A stretch of 63,932 bases of DNA, counting the filler, from Octopus bimaculoides (taxonomy: Eukaryota): NCBI RefSeq assembly GCF_001194135.2. It is 5 parts of 5 records of this genome, joined end to end, with 100 filler letters (N's around TTAATTAATTAA, not from the genome) between each part and the next. Parts side by side here need not be neighbours in the genome. Positions count along the whole stretch, not along the records: positions 31,663 to 62,770 come from NC_068987.1; 4 more parts are not named here. The stretch is one strand, 5' to 3'. The position numbers were made by a program, and so were the translations under genes. Shown piece by piece: positions 39,617 through 53,203 of this stretch (within the stretch, counting starts at the first letter, position 1; every line of letters starts with the position of its first letter). The notes under the pieces are model-generated. The model saw only the letters and a list, made by a program, of their open reading frames with translations. It was not told the origin of the DNA and did no database searches.

Positions 39617-41093
39617 GATAATAGATAGTTCAATAAAGCAGCTTAACCCATTAGCATTCAAACCGGCCACGTCTGGCCCAAATATTCTACATATTTTATG
39701 TTCAAACCTGGTTTCTCACACCTACCTTATAATGTCATTCTAAAACTAAACAATCATATCATTAATATCTTGAAGCTACAAAATAATGCATAATTAATTC
39801 AAAACAATATGAATAAGTAAGTATTGCATTTGACAGAGAAATCTGAATGCAAAAGGGTCAAAGGATGCCTTAAACAACAAATGAGACCTAATTATTTTCT
39901 ATCTATATTTACAGTAATTTGTAGCATTGTCATTAGTCATTCAAATTACTGTGATATAGCCACATACACCTGTGACACTGTAAGTTGTTGTGTCCTAGAT
40001 TCACTTTGTCCATCCACCCAACTTCTCTGTCCGCTTTTCCTGGGAGAGTTGGTGGGGTTGAATTCTTGGGCACCTCCTCCGTTAAGTGCCTTCAGAAGCA
40101 ACTCTCATTGCAAATTCTGACCAGCTGAGATTATGGACATTATACAGCCATCTTGTTCTAGGACTCCTGCCAGTTGGTTGGCTTGAAGAATCTGCCTTGT
40201 GATTCTTTCTTGTGATATTCTAATTACATATCTATTGTATTAGAGATGTGACCTCTCAATGTTGAAAAGTTGCAGCTTGATCTGAAGAGACACCCTGATC
40301 TTTGAGCTATGCATCCTATCAAATAACATGATTCCAGAGGTCCCTTGAAAGAACCTTATTTTGGCTTCTTGTTTTTGCAATTGTACTCTTTCAGTCATTA
40401 CCCTACATTCACAACTACAAGTGAGGATAGACACTGTAACCAAATTGAAGATAGCAAGTTTGGCTTTTTTTTTATTACCAATACTTGTCTTCTAAGAATC
40501 AATTGCTGGAGCTGACACATTTCTATTTGTACCACCCCAAATTGCTGTGGTATCTTGAAGTACAGTCTGTGGTAAATCAAAATTACTATGGTGCTGCTAG
40601 ACATTTCATACTGAACCCATTCGCTTTTATCATCAAGTCAGAACCTTCTGTGACAGTGAAATCAAAGCAAGCACAAACCCATACTGTACTACAACAACAG
40701 CATTTCCTATTGCACTGCCATTGGAGAAAATACCACTCCCTACCATTGCAATATTTTCTATGGCACTACTATCACAGTAAATACCACTCCCTGCTGCTGT
40801 GTCACTACTAGAGAATTTTTCTGATACTATTATCAGAAAAAAAAGCACTACTACCATCATAGCCACCCCACCACCACCACTACCATCACTTCAGCCAATG
40901 TTCAAAACAACCACTCAAAGAGCAAGTTCATTGGTACATCTCTTGCAACAGTGTGTACTATGTATAGGGTGAGGTATAATTGTGCTTATAGTATGAATAA
41001 AACTTATCATATATCTTGAGGGGAATTCATTGTGGTAATTTTGTTTAAATTAAACATCACTACATTTCACCTAAAGGAATACATGCACGTACG

Positions 41094-41147
<54 letters not shown>

Positions 41148-41294
41148 GAGTAAGAATATGTGAAAAAAGGTATATAATAGATACAGACAACTATGTTTAG
41201 ACTGGATTACATAACTAAAATCTAACATTGAATGAAGGAAGACTGATTACAGGTAAATAAAAGACACCTTTATATATGTATATATAAATGTACA

Positions 41295-41341
<47 letters not shown>

Positions 41342-41458
41342 TATATATTAATATATATATATTATATATATATATGTGCATGTTACTTATTAATCTCTTA
41401 TCTCATATTACAATATAAGTCCAGTCATCATATCTGAGAGTAGAGTAAAAGATTTGGT

Positions 41459-41494
<36 letters not shown>

Positions 41495-41550
41495 AACATA
41501 TACACTTATATACATATATATAACAATTTAATAGTGTTCCTAATTATATA

Positions 41551-41752
41551 CAGTAATCCATCACCATGTCGCGGTTCACCTATTATGGTTTATTATTTAC
41601 ATCGTTTCCTCCGTGGTGTTGTTTTGCATTTATAAAATAATAAAAAAACATATATATAGTACAGTACTGTTTCTATTACGCATATTTTCACCTATCGTGG
41701 TGCGGTTTTGGAATGTAACACCTGAACACCCGCAATAATCAAGAGATTAATG
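41551..41752. mobile_element. Decayed pogo/Tigger-like MITE
   Basis: TA-cagtaatccatcaccatgtcgcgg at the left end and cccgcaataatcaagagattaatg at the right end form an imperfect inverted repeat. Confidence 0.45.
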
Positions 41753-42053
41753 ATTATTTTATTGTGTTCCCATTATATAATGAACACACCCCACTATATA
41801 ATGAATTGATACCCAACACACTCATTTTACAACAGATTAACACACAAGCTCCCCACTACATGGTGAGTTAATATCCCTCTCCACTAATTAATGTACTAAT
41901 ACACAAATCCCCACTATCTAATCAAGCCCCAGTCAATTTGAATTTGGAGACCTTGAAATAAAATATATTTTGATTGGACTAACGGTATGTACCTATTTAT
42001 GTGTGTGCATTTGTCTGTTAGTCTGTTTACACATTAAGCATACATTGGTATTT

Positions 42054-42111
<58 letters not shown>

Positions 42112-42205
42112 GAGGGAGAGAGAGGATGAGATCTATACTGCCAAATACATGTATATTTACATCACCATATGCAAACACTCAAATACTTACAAATGATTTA
42201 AAACA

Positions 42206-42242
<37 letters not shown>

Positions 42243-43124
42243 TCTACATCACAACACTTGTGTCATTATGCAATAACTGGATTGTAACTGCAGGGAGATT
42301 ACTGTCTTAAATAGTATTATATAATTCATTGCTAACATAATTAGCCACTGGCTCCTGATTATTCATTACAAAACAAAGATTAGTAAAGATTTCATATATC
42401 TGATGACATCTTCAGTTAGTCAATGGTGCTGCCAAAGAACTACTTTACGTCTACATGTGTCTTTGCAATTTTCAATGATTTATACTATAAATAGTAGTTC
42501 ATCTGGTACACCCATTCTTTGAAAGCAACATGCATGTGCACACACACACACACACTCACACATTGAATGATGAGGAACATTCAGAGTCATTTAAAATAAA
42601 CAATTAAACTGTACTTCACTCAACAGGTAAATTCTAAATTCTCTTCATTGGATTTCATGTAGCATATAGAGTGTGTAATCAAGACATTGCAAAGAAGAAC
42701 GGAGAATTTTAGATCTTCAAAATATATTTCTTAAAGTATTATTTTCATCAAATCAATTCACTTCACCCAGTTATATGGGTAACATCTTGAATAAAGCTGC
42801 ATAGTAATATCAACCTTTGGATGAATGTGTATTGCAATTGATTTAATATTTATTGTGAACCGAGAAAATAGTCCATGATAATTTTTTTAGACCTTCTAAA
42901 TAACTACCCAAAGGATTTTGAAGAAAATTTGCATGATAGTACAGTACACTATTTTTGCTTTGTATACAAAATTTATCGTATGTAGCTGTCTTAGTTTTCA
43001 TATTATTTTGCATACTTGTTTTTCAGGTGTACCGCAATAATAGTCCTAGTATAAGAATGCACTGTTTTGATCACTTATAAGGATAGAAATACCAACTATT
43101 TCAAGAACAATTATTTTAAATAAC

Positions 43125-43491
43125 TCATATAACACAAATGTACCATTGAACAACAAAATACATAAATAACATATTCACAGAAGCTTTGACTCTATGATTA
43201 GTGTTTGGTGTATGAACATTTTGTTTGATGACCTCACAAATGAGGTTGTTAGTGGATTCAGTCAGTGTTTTGATAGTAGAGGGTAGGACTGCCTTAGCAG
43301 AGTCTTGTATTGCCTTCCAAAATGTTTCCTTAGATGTGTACTGCTTGCCATTCTGGTAGATCTCATGTTTGACGATGCTCCAGGGGTTCTTGATAGGATT
43401 CAAATCTGGAGAACAGGCTGGCCACTTCATTAAAGTTTCTCCTTTGAATCCCAATGGATTCATTAAAGTTTCTCCTTTGAATCCCAATGGA
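43125..43491 (-). mobile_element. Tc1-like transposase C-terminal fragment
   Basis: ORF contains KWPACSPDLNPIKNPWSIVK, matching the Tc1 WPxxSPDLNPIExxW motif. Confidence 0.85.
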
Positions 43492-43699
43492 TGTTTGATT
43501 CAAGACTACAACTTTTAATGTTTTTTTTCTACTTCTCTAGATGCATTAAGTTGAGGGACAGACTGGGGATAAAAACTTAAATTAGCATGAGTGCCATAAC
43601 AATTTCATGTTGAATTAAAAGGGGTCATGGCCAAAATAAAGTTGAGAAACACTGGTTTAAATTATATCTGTTTATTAGCTTAAATATATACATATATAC

Positions 43700-44103
43700 A
43701 TAGGTACAAGCATGACTGTATGATAAGAAGCTTACTTCTGAACCACATGGTTTCGGGTTCAATCCTACTGTGTGGCACCTTAGACCTGTGTCTTCTACTA
43801 TTGCTTCAGTTCGATCAAAGCCTTTTAAATGGATTTGGTAGATGGAAACTGGAAGAAGCCCATTGTAGATATATATATATGTATGTATATATTTATATTT
43901 ATATATGTGTATTTGTGTCTGTGTTTGTCCTCCATCACTACTTGACAACTGGTGTTGGTATATTTACGTCCCCATAAATTAGCAGTTCAGCATATGAGGC
44001 CGATAGAATAAGTACTAAGCTTAAAAAAAAGTCCTGGAATCAAAACTCTTCGAGGCGGTGCTCCAGAATGGCCACAGACAAATGACTGAAACAAGTAATA
44101 GAA
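43700..44103 (+). mobile_element. Full-length SINE family C (tail type 1)
   Basis: Head, internal (TA)/(TG) tract and 3' ...ggccacagacaaatgactgaaacaag. Its tail is the hAT target site. Confidence 0.85.
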
Positions 44104-46040
44104 CTGGGGTGGGAACACCCTGGCATGCATGCCAAACATGGCACTCCAATAACTTGTGTCTAACACACAAAACCCTCTCTCCCTCTTTCTCTTAATAGTA
44201 TATAGCAACTTTTTATTGCTCAGATACATTTTAAATTACAAATTAGGCCTACCGTTATTTAATGATCTCCTCCCAGACCCAACCAATATTTTGGTTTCAG
44301 CCTCTGCAACTGGTATTCGTTGACAAGACAACCACCTCACCTACTTATTCAGAATTTCTCTCGATGTGTGCTACAGCAGTGACATCATCATTATGCCGTT
44401 TTCTTGCAGAATGAGGTAGAATCTGTGTATAGAGGATTGAAAATGTACAACAATGGTCGATGGCTTAGCCGAGGTTTGGTTCTGAAAAGATTTATTGAAT
44501 GCTTAACCAACATGTTTCTTATCAAGAATTGTCTGACATCATGTGGGTTTGTAAACTGATGTTTTTTGCAGATTTTTATGACCATTTGATTGACTTGAAT
44601 GTTAAATTACAGGGCTCTGGTATGACACTTGATGTTATGTTTAGTTACATAAAGGCTTTTGAAATGAAACTAGAAGTTTCTAAGAAGGATGTGGACAATG
44701 GGAGATTTAGATACTTCCCAAACCTAAAGAGGTACATCAATGATCTCTCAAAAGATGACAGAACAGAGCACCAATGTCTTCAAAAACTGTTTGTAAACAT
44801 TAACAAGTCAACTGTTGAGCAGTTTTTTTACAAGGTTTGCTAAATTCAGGGAACTGGAAGAGATAGCAAAATTCATGAAGTTTCCAAACATTATCAAACT
44901 GGAGGAACTAAACTTACAAATGTTTTCATGGATAGACATGGTTGATATTGAAATGCAGTTGATTGAATTTCAAAGTAGTTCAATTTGGAAGCAAAAGTTT
45001 ATTGACCTTAGAATTGACTTAGAAAATATTTTTTAGAAAGTGATTAGAGACTGGAGTACCAGAGAGGAGTGTGGAAAACAAATTATTATGGACTTGGAAT
45101 GACATTCCAGAAAATTTTTCCAGTTTAAAAAACTGTGCAACAGCACTAATATCTATGTTTTCATCAACATATACCTGTGAATCCTTGTTCTCAGTGATGA
45201 ACTTTGTTAAGTCTTGTACTAGAAGTAACCTGACGGATGAAACTAGTAGTGCATGCATATCTGAAGGTTACAAAGTATAAACCTGATACAAAATCTCTGT
45301 TATCAGTGATGCAGCATCAGAAGTCCCACTGATAATATTGTACATACATGTATATTGAAAGCAGTCAGCAAGTGTTCTGTCAAACTGGTATTTCATCTGA
45401 CTGATATTTTCTTTTGAAAGTGGCAAAGGTTATCTGCAACTTTTCTGCTGGACTGATATTTTATCTGATGTTTTCTTTTGAAAGTAGCAAAGGTTCATTG
45501 TTGTTTTGATGTAACTTTGAAGGTGAATAAATACATTTCCCATCATTATATAGTGTTTTACTGCTCTGTGGTGTTTTTATTATCATTTATTAAAAAAGTT
45601 CTTAACATACACTTTCTTAAGAGATATCAAGTAGCCTAATATGATGCTAACAAATGATGATAATGACAATGATGAAGATGGTGATATATGCATATCATCA
45701 TCGTTTAACGTCCACTTTCCATGCTAGCATGGGTTGGACGATTTGACTGAGGACTGGCGAACCAGATGGCTACACCAGGCTCCAATCTGATTTGGCAGAG
45801 TTTCTACCGCTGGATGCCCTTCCTAATGCCAACCACTCCGAGAGTGTAGTGGGTGCTTTTACGTACCACTGGCATGAAGGCCAGTCAGGTGGTACTGGCA
45901 ACAGCCACGCTCAAAATGGTGTATCTTACGTGCCACCTGCATAAATGTTCTCAAAAAAACTTACTTGGCACGTGGAAGAATTTTGTGTCAGAGATTTTGC
46001 CACTTTTGGCACACACTCTCAAAAAGGTTGCCCACCCCTG
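44104..46040 (+). mobile_element. hAT (Buster/Charlie/SPIN-like) DNA transposon, internally deleted, with degenerate transposase
   Basis: TIRs CTGGGGTGGGAAC at 44104 and GTTGCCCACCCCTG ending 46040. Perfect 8-bp TSD TAATAGAA at 44096-44103 and 46041-46048. Frameshifted transposase ~44380-45290 (GRWLSRG, LNVKLQG, FSSTYTCESLFSVMNFVKS). Confidence 0.9.
45694..45941 (-). mobile_element. Same short retroposon, nested in the hAT element
   Basis: catcatcgtttaacgtcc...catgctagcatgggttggacg...gtgccacc. Confidence 0.8.
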
Positions 46041-46225
46041 TAATAGAATAACAGAATAGAATATATATTTTTTCCCTTTATGAAAAATGTGCCAAAATAT
46101 TGTTTGCTCTATAGTGTACCATATGTACACTAATCTTCCTAAAAGGCCTTCAATGAACTCTGCCCTACTCACTTGCTTCCTGAATATTCTTTCTATTTTA
46201 TTTTATTATAACTTTTTTGTTTTAG

Positions 46226-46486
46226 ATTTCAACATTTATGAAAATATCAGAATCGACAATCTTTCAACAACTCCAATGCTAACTACTGCATTAATTTCTG
46301 CACCAACTCCTATTCCAACTGCATCACCTACTGCATCAACTACTACACCGACTACTTCACCAGCTACTGCATCAAATGCATCAACTACACCAACAGGTGA
46401 CTATCCTTCCCTTACAAACAGAACTTCCACCACACAGCCAAATGTCTACATCACAAGGACATCATCTGGCCAGATTTCTGACACAG
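46226..46486 (+). CDS. Internal coding exon (87 codons), Ser/Thr/Pro-rich low-complexity segment of an uncharacterised protein
   Basis: Acceptor acttttttgttttag|A and donor CAG|gtaagt. 261 bp, phase 1-1, open frame (D)FNIYENIRIDNLSTTPMLTT...GDYPSLTNRTSTTQPNVYITRTSSGQISDT. Confidence 0.7.
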
Positions 46487-46631
46487 GTAAGTAAACTGAA
46501 GATGCTGCTGCTGCCTACATGCTTCTTTTTCTTTTGTGCTATCCCTTTAAGTGAGGTCTGTTTTTAGAGAGAAAGAGAGAGAGAATGTATGTGTGTGAAA
46601 ATTACCTATAGGCTGTGCATGTGAGTAGTAC

Positions 46632-47076
46632 AAGGCGACAAGCTGGCAGAATCATTAGCACGCTCGGCGAAATGCTTTGCGGTATTTTGTCTGTTGCTAC
46701 GTTCTGAGTTCAAATTCCGCTGCGGTCGACTTTGGTTTTCATCCTTTTGGGGTCGATAAATTAAGTACCAGTTACGCACTGCGGTCGATGTAATCGACTT
46801 AACCCCTTTGTCTGTCTTTGTTTGTCCCCTCTATGTTTAGCCCCTTGTGAGCAATAAAGACATAAGAAATATTAGCATGCTGGCAAAATGCTCAGCAGCA
46901 TTTCGTCCATCTTTACGTTTGGAGTTCAAATTTTGCCGAGGTCAACTTTGCTATTCAAATCCTTTTGAGGTTCAATAAAACGAGTACCAGCTGAGTACTG
47001 GGGTCAATGCTATCGATTTACCTGCACCCCCCTCCCGTAAATTGCTACCCTTGTGCCAAAATTTGAAACCAGTATA
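46632..47076 (+). mobile_element. Two tandem copies of SINE family A
   Basis: aaggcgacaagctggcagaa...ctgagttcaaattcc...ggggtcgataaa core occurs twice (46632-46868 and ~46870-47076). Confidence 0.85.
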
Positions 47077-47230
47077 NNNNNNNNNNNNNNNNNNNNNNNN
47101 NNNNNNNNNNNNNNNNNNNNNNNNNNNNNNNNNNNNNNNNNNNNNNNNNNNNNNNNNNNNNNNNNNNNNNNNNNNNNNNNNNNNNNNNNNNNNNNNNNNN
47201 NNNNNNNNNNNNNNNNNNNNNNNNNNNNNN

Positions 47231-47376
47231 TATGCAACTGGTACTTAATTTATCGACCCGAAAGGATGAAAGGCAAAGTCAACCTCGGCAGAATTTGAAT
47301 TCAGAATGTATCAACAGATGAAATACCGCAAAGCATTTCGCCCAGCATGCTAACGTTTCTGCCAGCTCGCCACCTT
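47231..47376 (-). mobile_element. SINE family A
   Basis: Reverse complement of the family A head and core. Confidence 0.85.
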
Positions 47377-48172
47377 AGAAATAGATAATATTGATATAAC
47401 AGCATTATATTTCAACAGGTGAGTTGCTTCACCTGTCACCTAAACCCCATGGATAGGTGAGGATTCTGGCATACAGTTTTTGCTAATACCACCACTACTA
47501 TTACTACTGCCACTGCTGCTGCTGCTTCTACTACTATCATCAACAATGAAGCTATGACTACATCATACCTCTTTCATCACTACTACTACTACCAACAGAA
47601 ATACTTTTACTAGAACTACCACTAACAACTAATAATGTCACTACACAATTGCTGCTTCTACACTAATACCACTGTCACTAGCAATACTTTCACTATCACC
47701 ACTACCACTACTTAGTAATGCTTTTAATTACAAACACTTTCCACCATCACCATTTGTAAGGCTTTTTCCTGTTGCTGCTGCTGCTACTATAACGACCACC
47801 TGTCACCTACAAACATTCGCATAAGAGCCAACAAGGAAGCCACTATGTAGCTTCCAGACCTGCTAGAAATAGCAACCTAACCTATGTCATCTCACACACA
47901 GATGTCTTAGAAATGGAAAGGTGCAATGTGATCCTAGACACACTGTGAATGAAAAGAAAAGAACATACTGGAAATTCACTGTTGGAACAGCTTTGAACAT
48001 AGGTCTACTTGCTTAAAGCTGACCTTGGGCTAAACATCTCTATATCCATCCATGCAAAACGGATAAGAGGCTCTAGCCTAATGTGAAACCTGAACTTCAT
48101 TTCAGCTGGTAATAAACTCAAACTAAATGTGAAACAAAGGACTATTTCAAATTGCTCTTTAATTATTATAGA

Positions 48173-48510
48173 AGGCACATGGCTCAGTGGTTAGAGCATT
48201 GGGCTTTCAATCATGAGATAGCGTGTTCGATTCCTGGACTGGGGTGTGTGTTGTATTATTGAGCAAGACACTTTATTTTCATGTTGTTCCAGTTCGCTCA
48301 TTTGTAGAAATGAGTTGCGACATCACTGGTGCCAAGCTGTATCAGCCTTTGCCTTTCCCTTTGATAACATCGGTGGCATGGGAAGGGGAGGCTGGTATAC
48401 ATGAGCAACTGTTGGTCTTCCATAAACAACCTTGCCCAGAATTATGGATCAGAAGGGAACTTTCTTGGCTCAATCCCATGGTCATTCATGACTGAAGGGG
48501 GTCTTTACCT
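48173..48510 (+). mobile_element. tRNA-headed SINE (further family)
   Basis: A box tggctcagtgg and B box gttcgattcc followed by a distinct body. Confidence 0.6.
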
Positions 48511-49133
48511 TTTATCCTTTAAGTATTTTAGTAATCATTGCTAAATAAGTATGATGTATGTATGAGTTATGTGTTTATATAGATGTGCCTAACACACTCA
48601 CAAACAACAGGATAGACTAAAAGAACTAGAATGATTTACAAGAAATGTAAACCCCTATGCCTCTAACAGGGTAGGAGTGTCCCAATAACAAATTATGCCA
48701 ACCGGTATTTCTTTACCCTTCTGTTTTGGTCTGTACTTTACTGTTTTCAGTTCAAGTTTATTAAGAGTTAGACTTCTAATCAAATGAAGTACTAAAGTAC
48801 CATTATATTAGTTTTTGGTTAGCTTCTCTTGTTTATTCCTACATCAGATTAGGTTGCTATTTCTAGCAAGTTGAATGGCCACATAGAAGCACTTACCTTG
48901 GCTATTTATATAATGTTGATTAATTTATAGTAGTATGTTATATTAGTACTGCTAAGTTATACACTGGTAGAAGTGCTTGGCCTAGTGGTTAAGGTGTTGC
49001 ACTTATGATCAAATGGTTGTGGTTTCAATTCTTGGATCAGGCAATGCATTGTGTTCTTGAGCAAAACATTTCATTTCACATTGCTCCAGTCCATTCAGCT
49101 GACAGTATTGAGCAGTACCTATGATAGACTGAG

Positions 49134-49495
49134 ATGCTTAAAATATCTGGCAGTGTGGGTTATGGTCTAGTCACCTGTATTGTAAACCAGGTGGTTCATA
49201 AAGGAGTCATACCCAATGACTGGTGTAGCAGCACCATAGTCAACTGCTACAAAGATAAAGGTGATGTCTTAGATAGAAATAATTACCAAGGTATCAAGCT
49301 GTTGGATCAGGTGATGAAAGTAACAGAGAGAGTCATAGCCCAACTAATTAGGGAAAGAGTTAGTCTAGATGTGATGCAGTTTGGTTTTGTGTCAGGTAGA
49401 AGCACCACTGATGCTATATTCCTGATAAGGCAACTGCAGGAGAAATACCTAGCCAAAGATAAACCATGTAGTTGGCTTTTGTTGACTTGGAGAAA
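49134..49495 (+). mobile_element. RTE-clade LINE RT N-terminal fragment
   Basis: IPNDWCSSTIVNCYKDKGDVLDRNNYQGIKLL...MQFGFVSGRSTTDAIFLIRQLQEKYL. Confidence 0.9.
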
Positions 49496-49496
49496 C

Positions 49497-49528
<32 letters not shown>

Positions 49529-52076
49529 GGTGCAAGCATGGTTGTGTGATAAGAAGTTTGCTTCCCAACCACATGGTTTCAGGATCAGTTCCACTGCATA
49601 ACACCTTGAGCAAGTACTATAGTTCTGGGCTGACCAAAGCCTTGTGAGTGGATTTAGTAGATGGAAACTGAAAGAAGCCTGTCGCGCGTGTGTGTGTGTG
49701 TGTGTTACTCTCTCTTTGTTTTCATTTTGACTAGTTGTAAATGAGTGTTACCCTCATACAGGTGGGGTATGTTTCCATTCTTTGGAAACATTCCTGGTCA
49801 TTAGCAAGTTTTACTGTACTTGAAATCTAAGGCAATATTTAGTGAGAGGAGGAGCATCTGGCCATCAAAAAATCCACCTCAGCAAATGCCATCCAGTCCA
49901 TGCAAGCATAGAAAACTGGACATTAAAACAATGAGGAGGAGGAAGGGGAAGAGGAACCAGTTAGTTGCATAGTACACAATTACTTATATAATAGTAATGG
50001 TCAAATTGAACTAGATAGTTTATACAGTAGCATGAGTTAATTACATGGTGATACTGATTAATTATATTCAGTCAACTCCTTATGCAGCACTCAAAATTAC
50101 TAAAACTCTCCAGCAGCCAGCATAAAATAAATGAAAATGTTTTGTCGATTAGAGTCAAAAGAATGTGTGTTAATTTGTATTGATTGATTTGTTGTCATTA
50201 AAAGAAAGATAGATGTATTGTAGAACTGGATACTTGTATGGTAGTACTGATTAGTTATATTAATTAAATTAATATTGATAAATTATATACAATACTGGCT
50301 AGTTGTGTTGTAGTACTAGTTAAATGTATGTATTATGTGCGTGTGTGTATGTATATATGTATGTACATATGTATGTATGTAGGTACATACATACCTACAA
50401 TTTAGTTAAATGGTAGTACTGTTTAACTGTATATTATTACTACTTAGTTACATGTCCCATACTACTGGTTGTATGATACTTGTCATATAGCAGGCCATTT
50501 CTTTAACAATTTTTTTCCCAGTTATTTAATTAAGATAACAGAGGCAATGCACATGATCTTTATATGACCTTCCAAATGGACAATGCTAATTGAGTTTGTG
50601 TCAATACAAGTGATAATTTGCTTGTAATTCTGAAGGTTGATATTGCTTTTGTTGTTATTTTTCCTGAAGTAAATTCCAAATGTGCAGGTCTGTGATCAAA
50701 CACTTTCCACCAACGATCATCCTATCTTTTATAAATACCTAAGTGTCCTTGCCCTTTTTAAGTTGCTAGGGAATGATCTGAATCATTTTTGGCAACTGTT
50801 CCCCACAGGTTGAACAGCTGCAAGGACACCTTTATTAACTTAGGACAATTGTCTTCATAGAAGAAGGAGGCAGAAAGTAGCTCTGGATGGCTGCAGTTCT
50901 AGAGGGGAATGATTGGGAAATTGTTTAGTGCTGTTTTTGATGTGGTCAACTAATTAACTATTTAATTGACCTGTGGGATAGTCATTCCAACTATGACTAT
51001 CCCATATTTTTTTAAGGTATATGTAGAGCAGTTTGCAGAATCCTCCCTGGAGATAGTCTCTCTCAGCCCTGCTGGTTACAACAATACTCACCATATTCTT
51101 TTGAGTATGGGGGGTAGGTGTCGTTTAATCTGTCTGGTCTGTAAGATCGCTATCATCACCACCATCTCCACCACTGCTGTACTACACTACAACATACTAC
51201 ATCACCTACTATTACATCCAGAATTTTACTGGTATTTCATATTAATAACTTTGGAAAGGATGAAAGGCAGAGTTGACTTCATTGTGATGTGAAATAAGAA
51301 TGTAATGGGTCGGAACTAAATTCAACAAATATTTTGCCGAATACTCTGTCAGTTCTGTCAAAACAACGTCGCTGGTTCTAGTTCGAATGCTGATGATTCT
51401 GGAAGGAAGAATGTTAGGATAGATTAAACAGGAATCATTAGAGGTGAGTGCGTAGAGTTATGAACATTTAGCCGGTTAAACTAGGCTTCCAAATATCGCT
51501 GTAGTTTCATGATGGCGATTTCTTACCAAGTCAAGAGTTGTCTTTCTTGTAAGTATCTGCTTTGATGAATAGAGGGAGATAACTGCTTTAAGCTAATGTA
51601 GCTTTTAGAGCACATTACTACAAATAAAGATTTTTGTATATTTTAGCTGATTTTCATCACTATCATCGTTTAACGTCCATCTCCCATGCTAGCATGGGTG
51701 AGAGGAGAAGGTGCGATACTTATGCCCTTTTCATCCCCACCTCCCTGTCTGGCGAAATTTATGTGCCTGATGATCATCCTGAACTTCTGCCAGAGAAAGA
51801 GGCAGAAAGATAACTGCATTCTGGTTCAAATGCTAGCAACAGAATGAAACCTACTCACTCAGGGACCATAAAGCTTTGGAAGTGTTAAATATGGATGTGT
51901 GTTAGGCTTGGTTCTTCATATTTCTGAATCCAAAATTCTGTTCACATTTTCTTTCTTATGGTTTTGGTGAAGATCTTTCAAGATTATGCTGCTTCAGGGG
52001 CCATTACAGTTATGTTTTTCATGTAGTTGATGTGTTACAGCATTAGGTCTATATTACTTGTGTCAGTGAATATGCT

Positions 52077-52290
52077 AAGGCGACGAGCTGGAAGAATCGT
52101 TAGCACGCCGGGCGAAATGCTTAGCGGTATTTCATCTGCCGTTACGTTCTGAGTTCAAATTGCGCCGAGGTCGACTTTGTCTTTCATCCTTTCGGGGTCG
52201 ATTGCCAGTTACCCCCGGGTGTCGATGTAATCGACTTAATCCATTTGTCCCCTCTATGTATAGCCCCTTGTGAGCAATAAAGAAATAAAT
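52077..52290 (+). mobile_element. SINE family A
   Basis: aaggcgacgagctggaagaatcgttagcacgccgggcg, close to the consensus seen across copies. Confidence 0.85.
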
Positions 52291-53203
52291 ACGTCTGCAT
52301 TTTGGTGCAGTTTGACTGTAGTCTTTGCGCTCACAATGAATTTTCGTGATTATTGTGGAGTGAAATTTTAAGCATGGCTTTTCCAGTGTAATATATTGAG
52401 TTATTTCCCTTTAATTGTTAGCGTACTTGTTTTATTTAACCAATCATTTTAATAAAGTTGTTCCAGCATCGACCGCCTGATTAGTAAGCCATATATAAAG
52501 TATACTTTATTGTATCTAGTTATCTATGTCGTTATAATAGCATAATAGTCATGCTTCATCTTGTAGTTTGTTGAGTAGATGATAGTGTAGTTTGAGGCAG
52601 ATTTTGCTGCTATTTCTAGAGGAGCAAGCAACCAGCTACAAGCCTCCTCATTGATTTCATGATAATATTGTTTTCGTTGTTGTTGTTGTTAAAGCCGTCG
52701 TCGTCGTTGTTATCATCTGAGCATCAGTTGTTAAGATACCTACGGAGGAAAAGACAAGAGTCTGTGGATGCTCATTCAATCTGCTAGAAATAAAAACCAA
52801 ATCCCCTTCAAACCATACCCTACTATTTTAAATAAGTAGTCTTTTCCATTTTATCTTTTCCCCTGTTTTATTCATTGGAATGCAGCTATGTCGAGGCACT
52901 GCTTTGAAGGGTTTTAGTTAAACAAATCGACCCTAGTACTTCTATCTTTTGTGTTTGTCTTTTTTTTTTTTTTTGAAACCTGGTATTTATTTTATTGATT
53001 CTTTTGCTGAACTGTTAAGTTACAGGGACATCAATCAGTGAATGAGTAGGAGGAAACAAACACACACAGACATATGTGTGTGTGTGTGTGTGTATGTATT
53101 ATCTCAGCCATCTTAGTGGAGATCGCATTCTCTCCACTACAGTAGGAATAACAGTAACTTATCACAATCTAATTTTCCTTTGTGTCTCAAATGTCTATTC
53201 CAG

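Noticed and set aside
40690-40935. Thr/Pro-rich frame with PPPPLP
   Set aside because: Weak splice sites, an in-frame stop, and CCA/ACT low complexity like 47480-47800.
44380-45290. Domesticated hAT-derived host gene (GTF2IRD2/ZBED-like)
   Set aside because: Multiple frameshifts and stops, bounded by TIRs and a TSD, so a transposon relic.
50780-50990. Possible CR1/L2 RT remnant (KVALDGCSS), with a similar hint at 56960-57700
   Set aside because: Too degenerate to support by eye.
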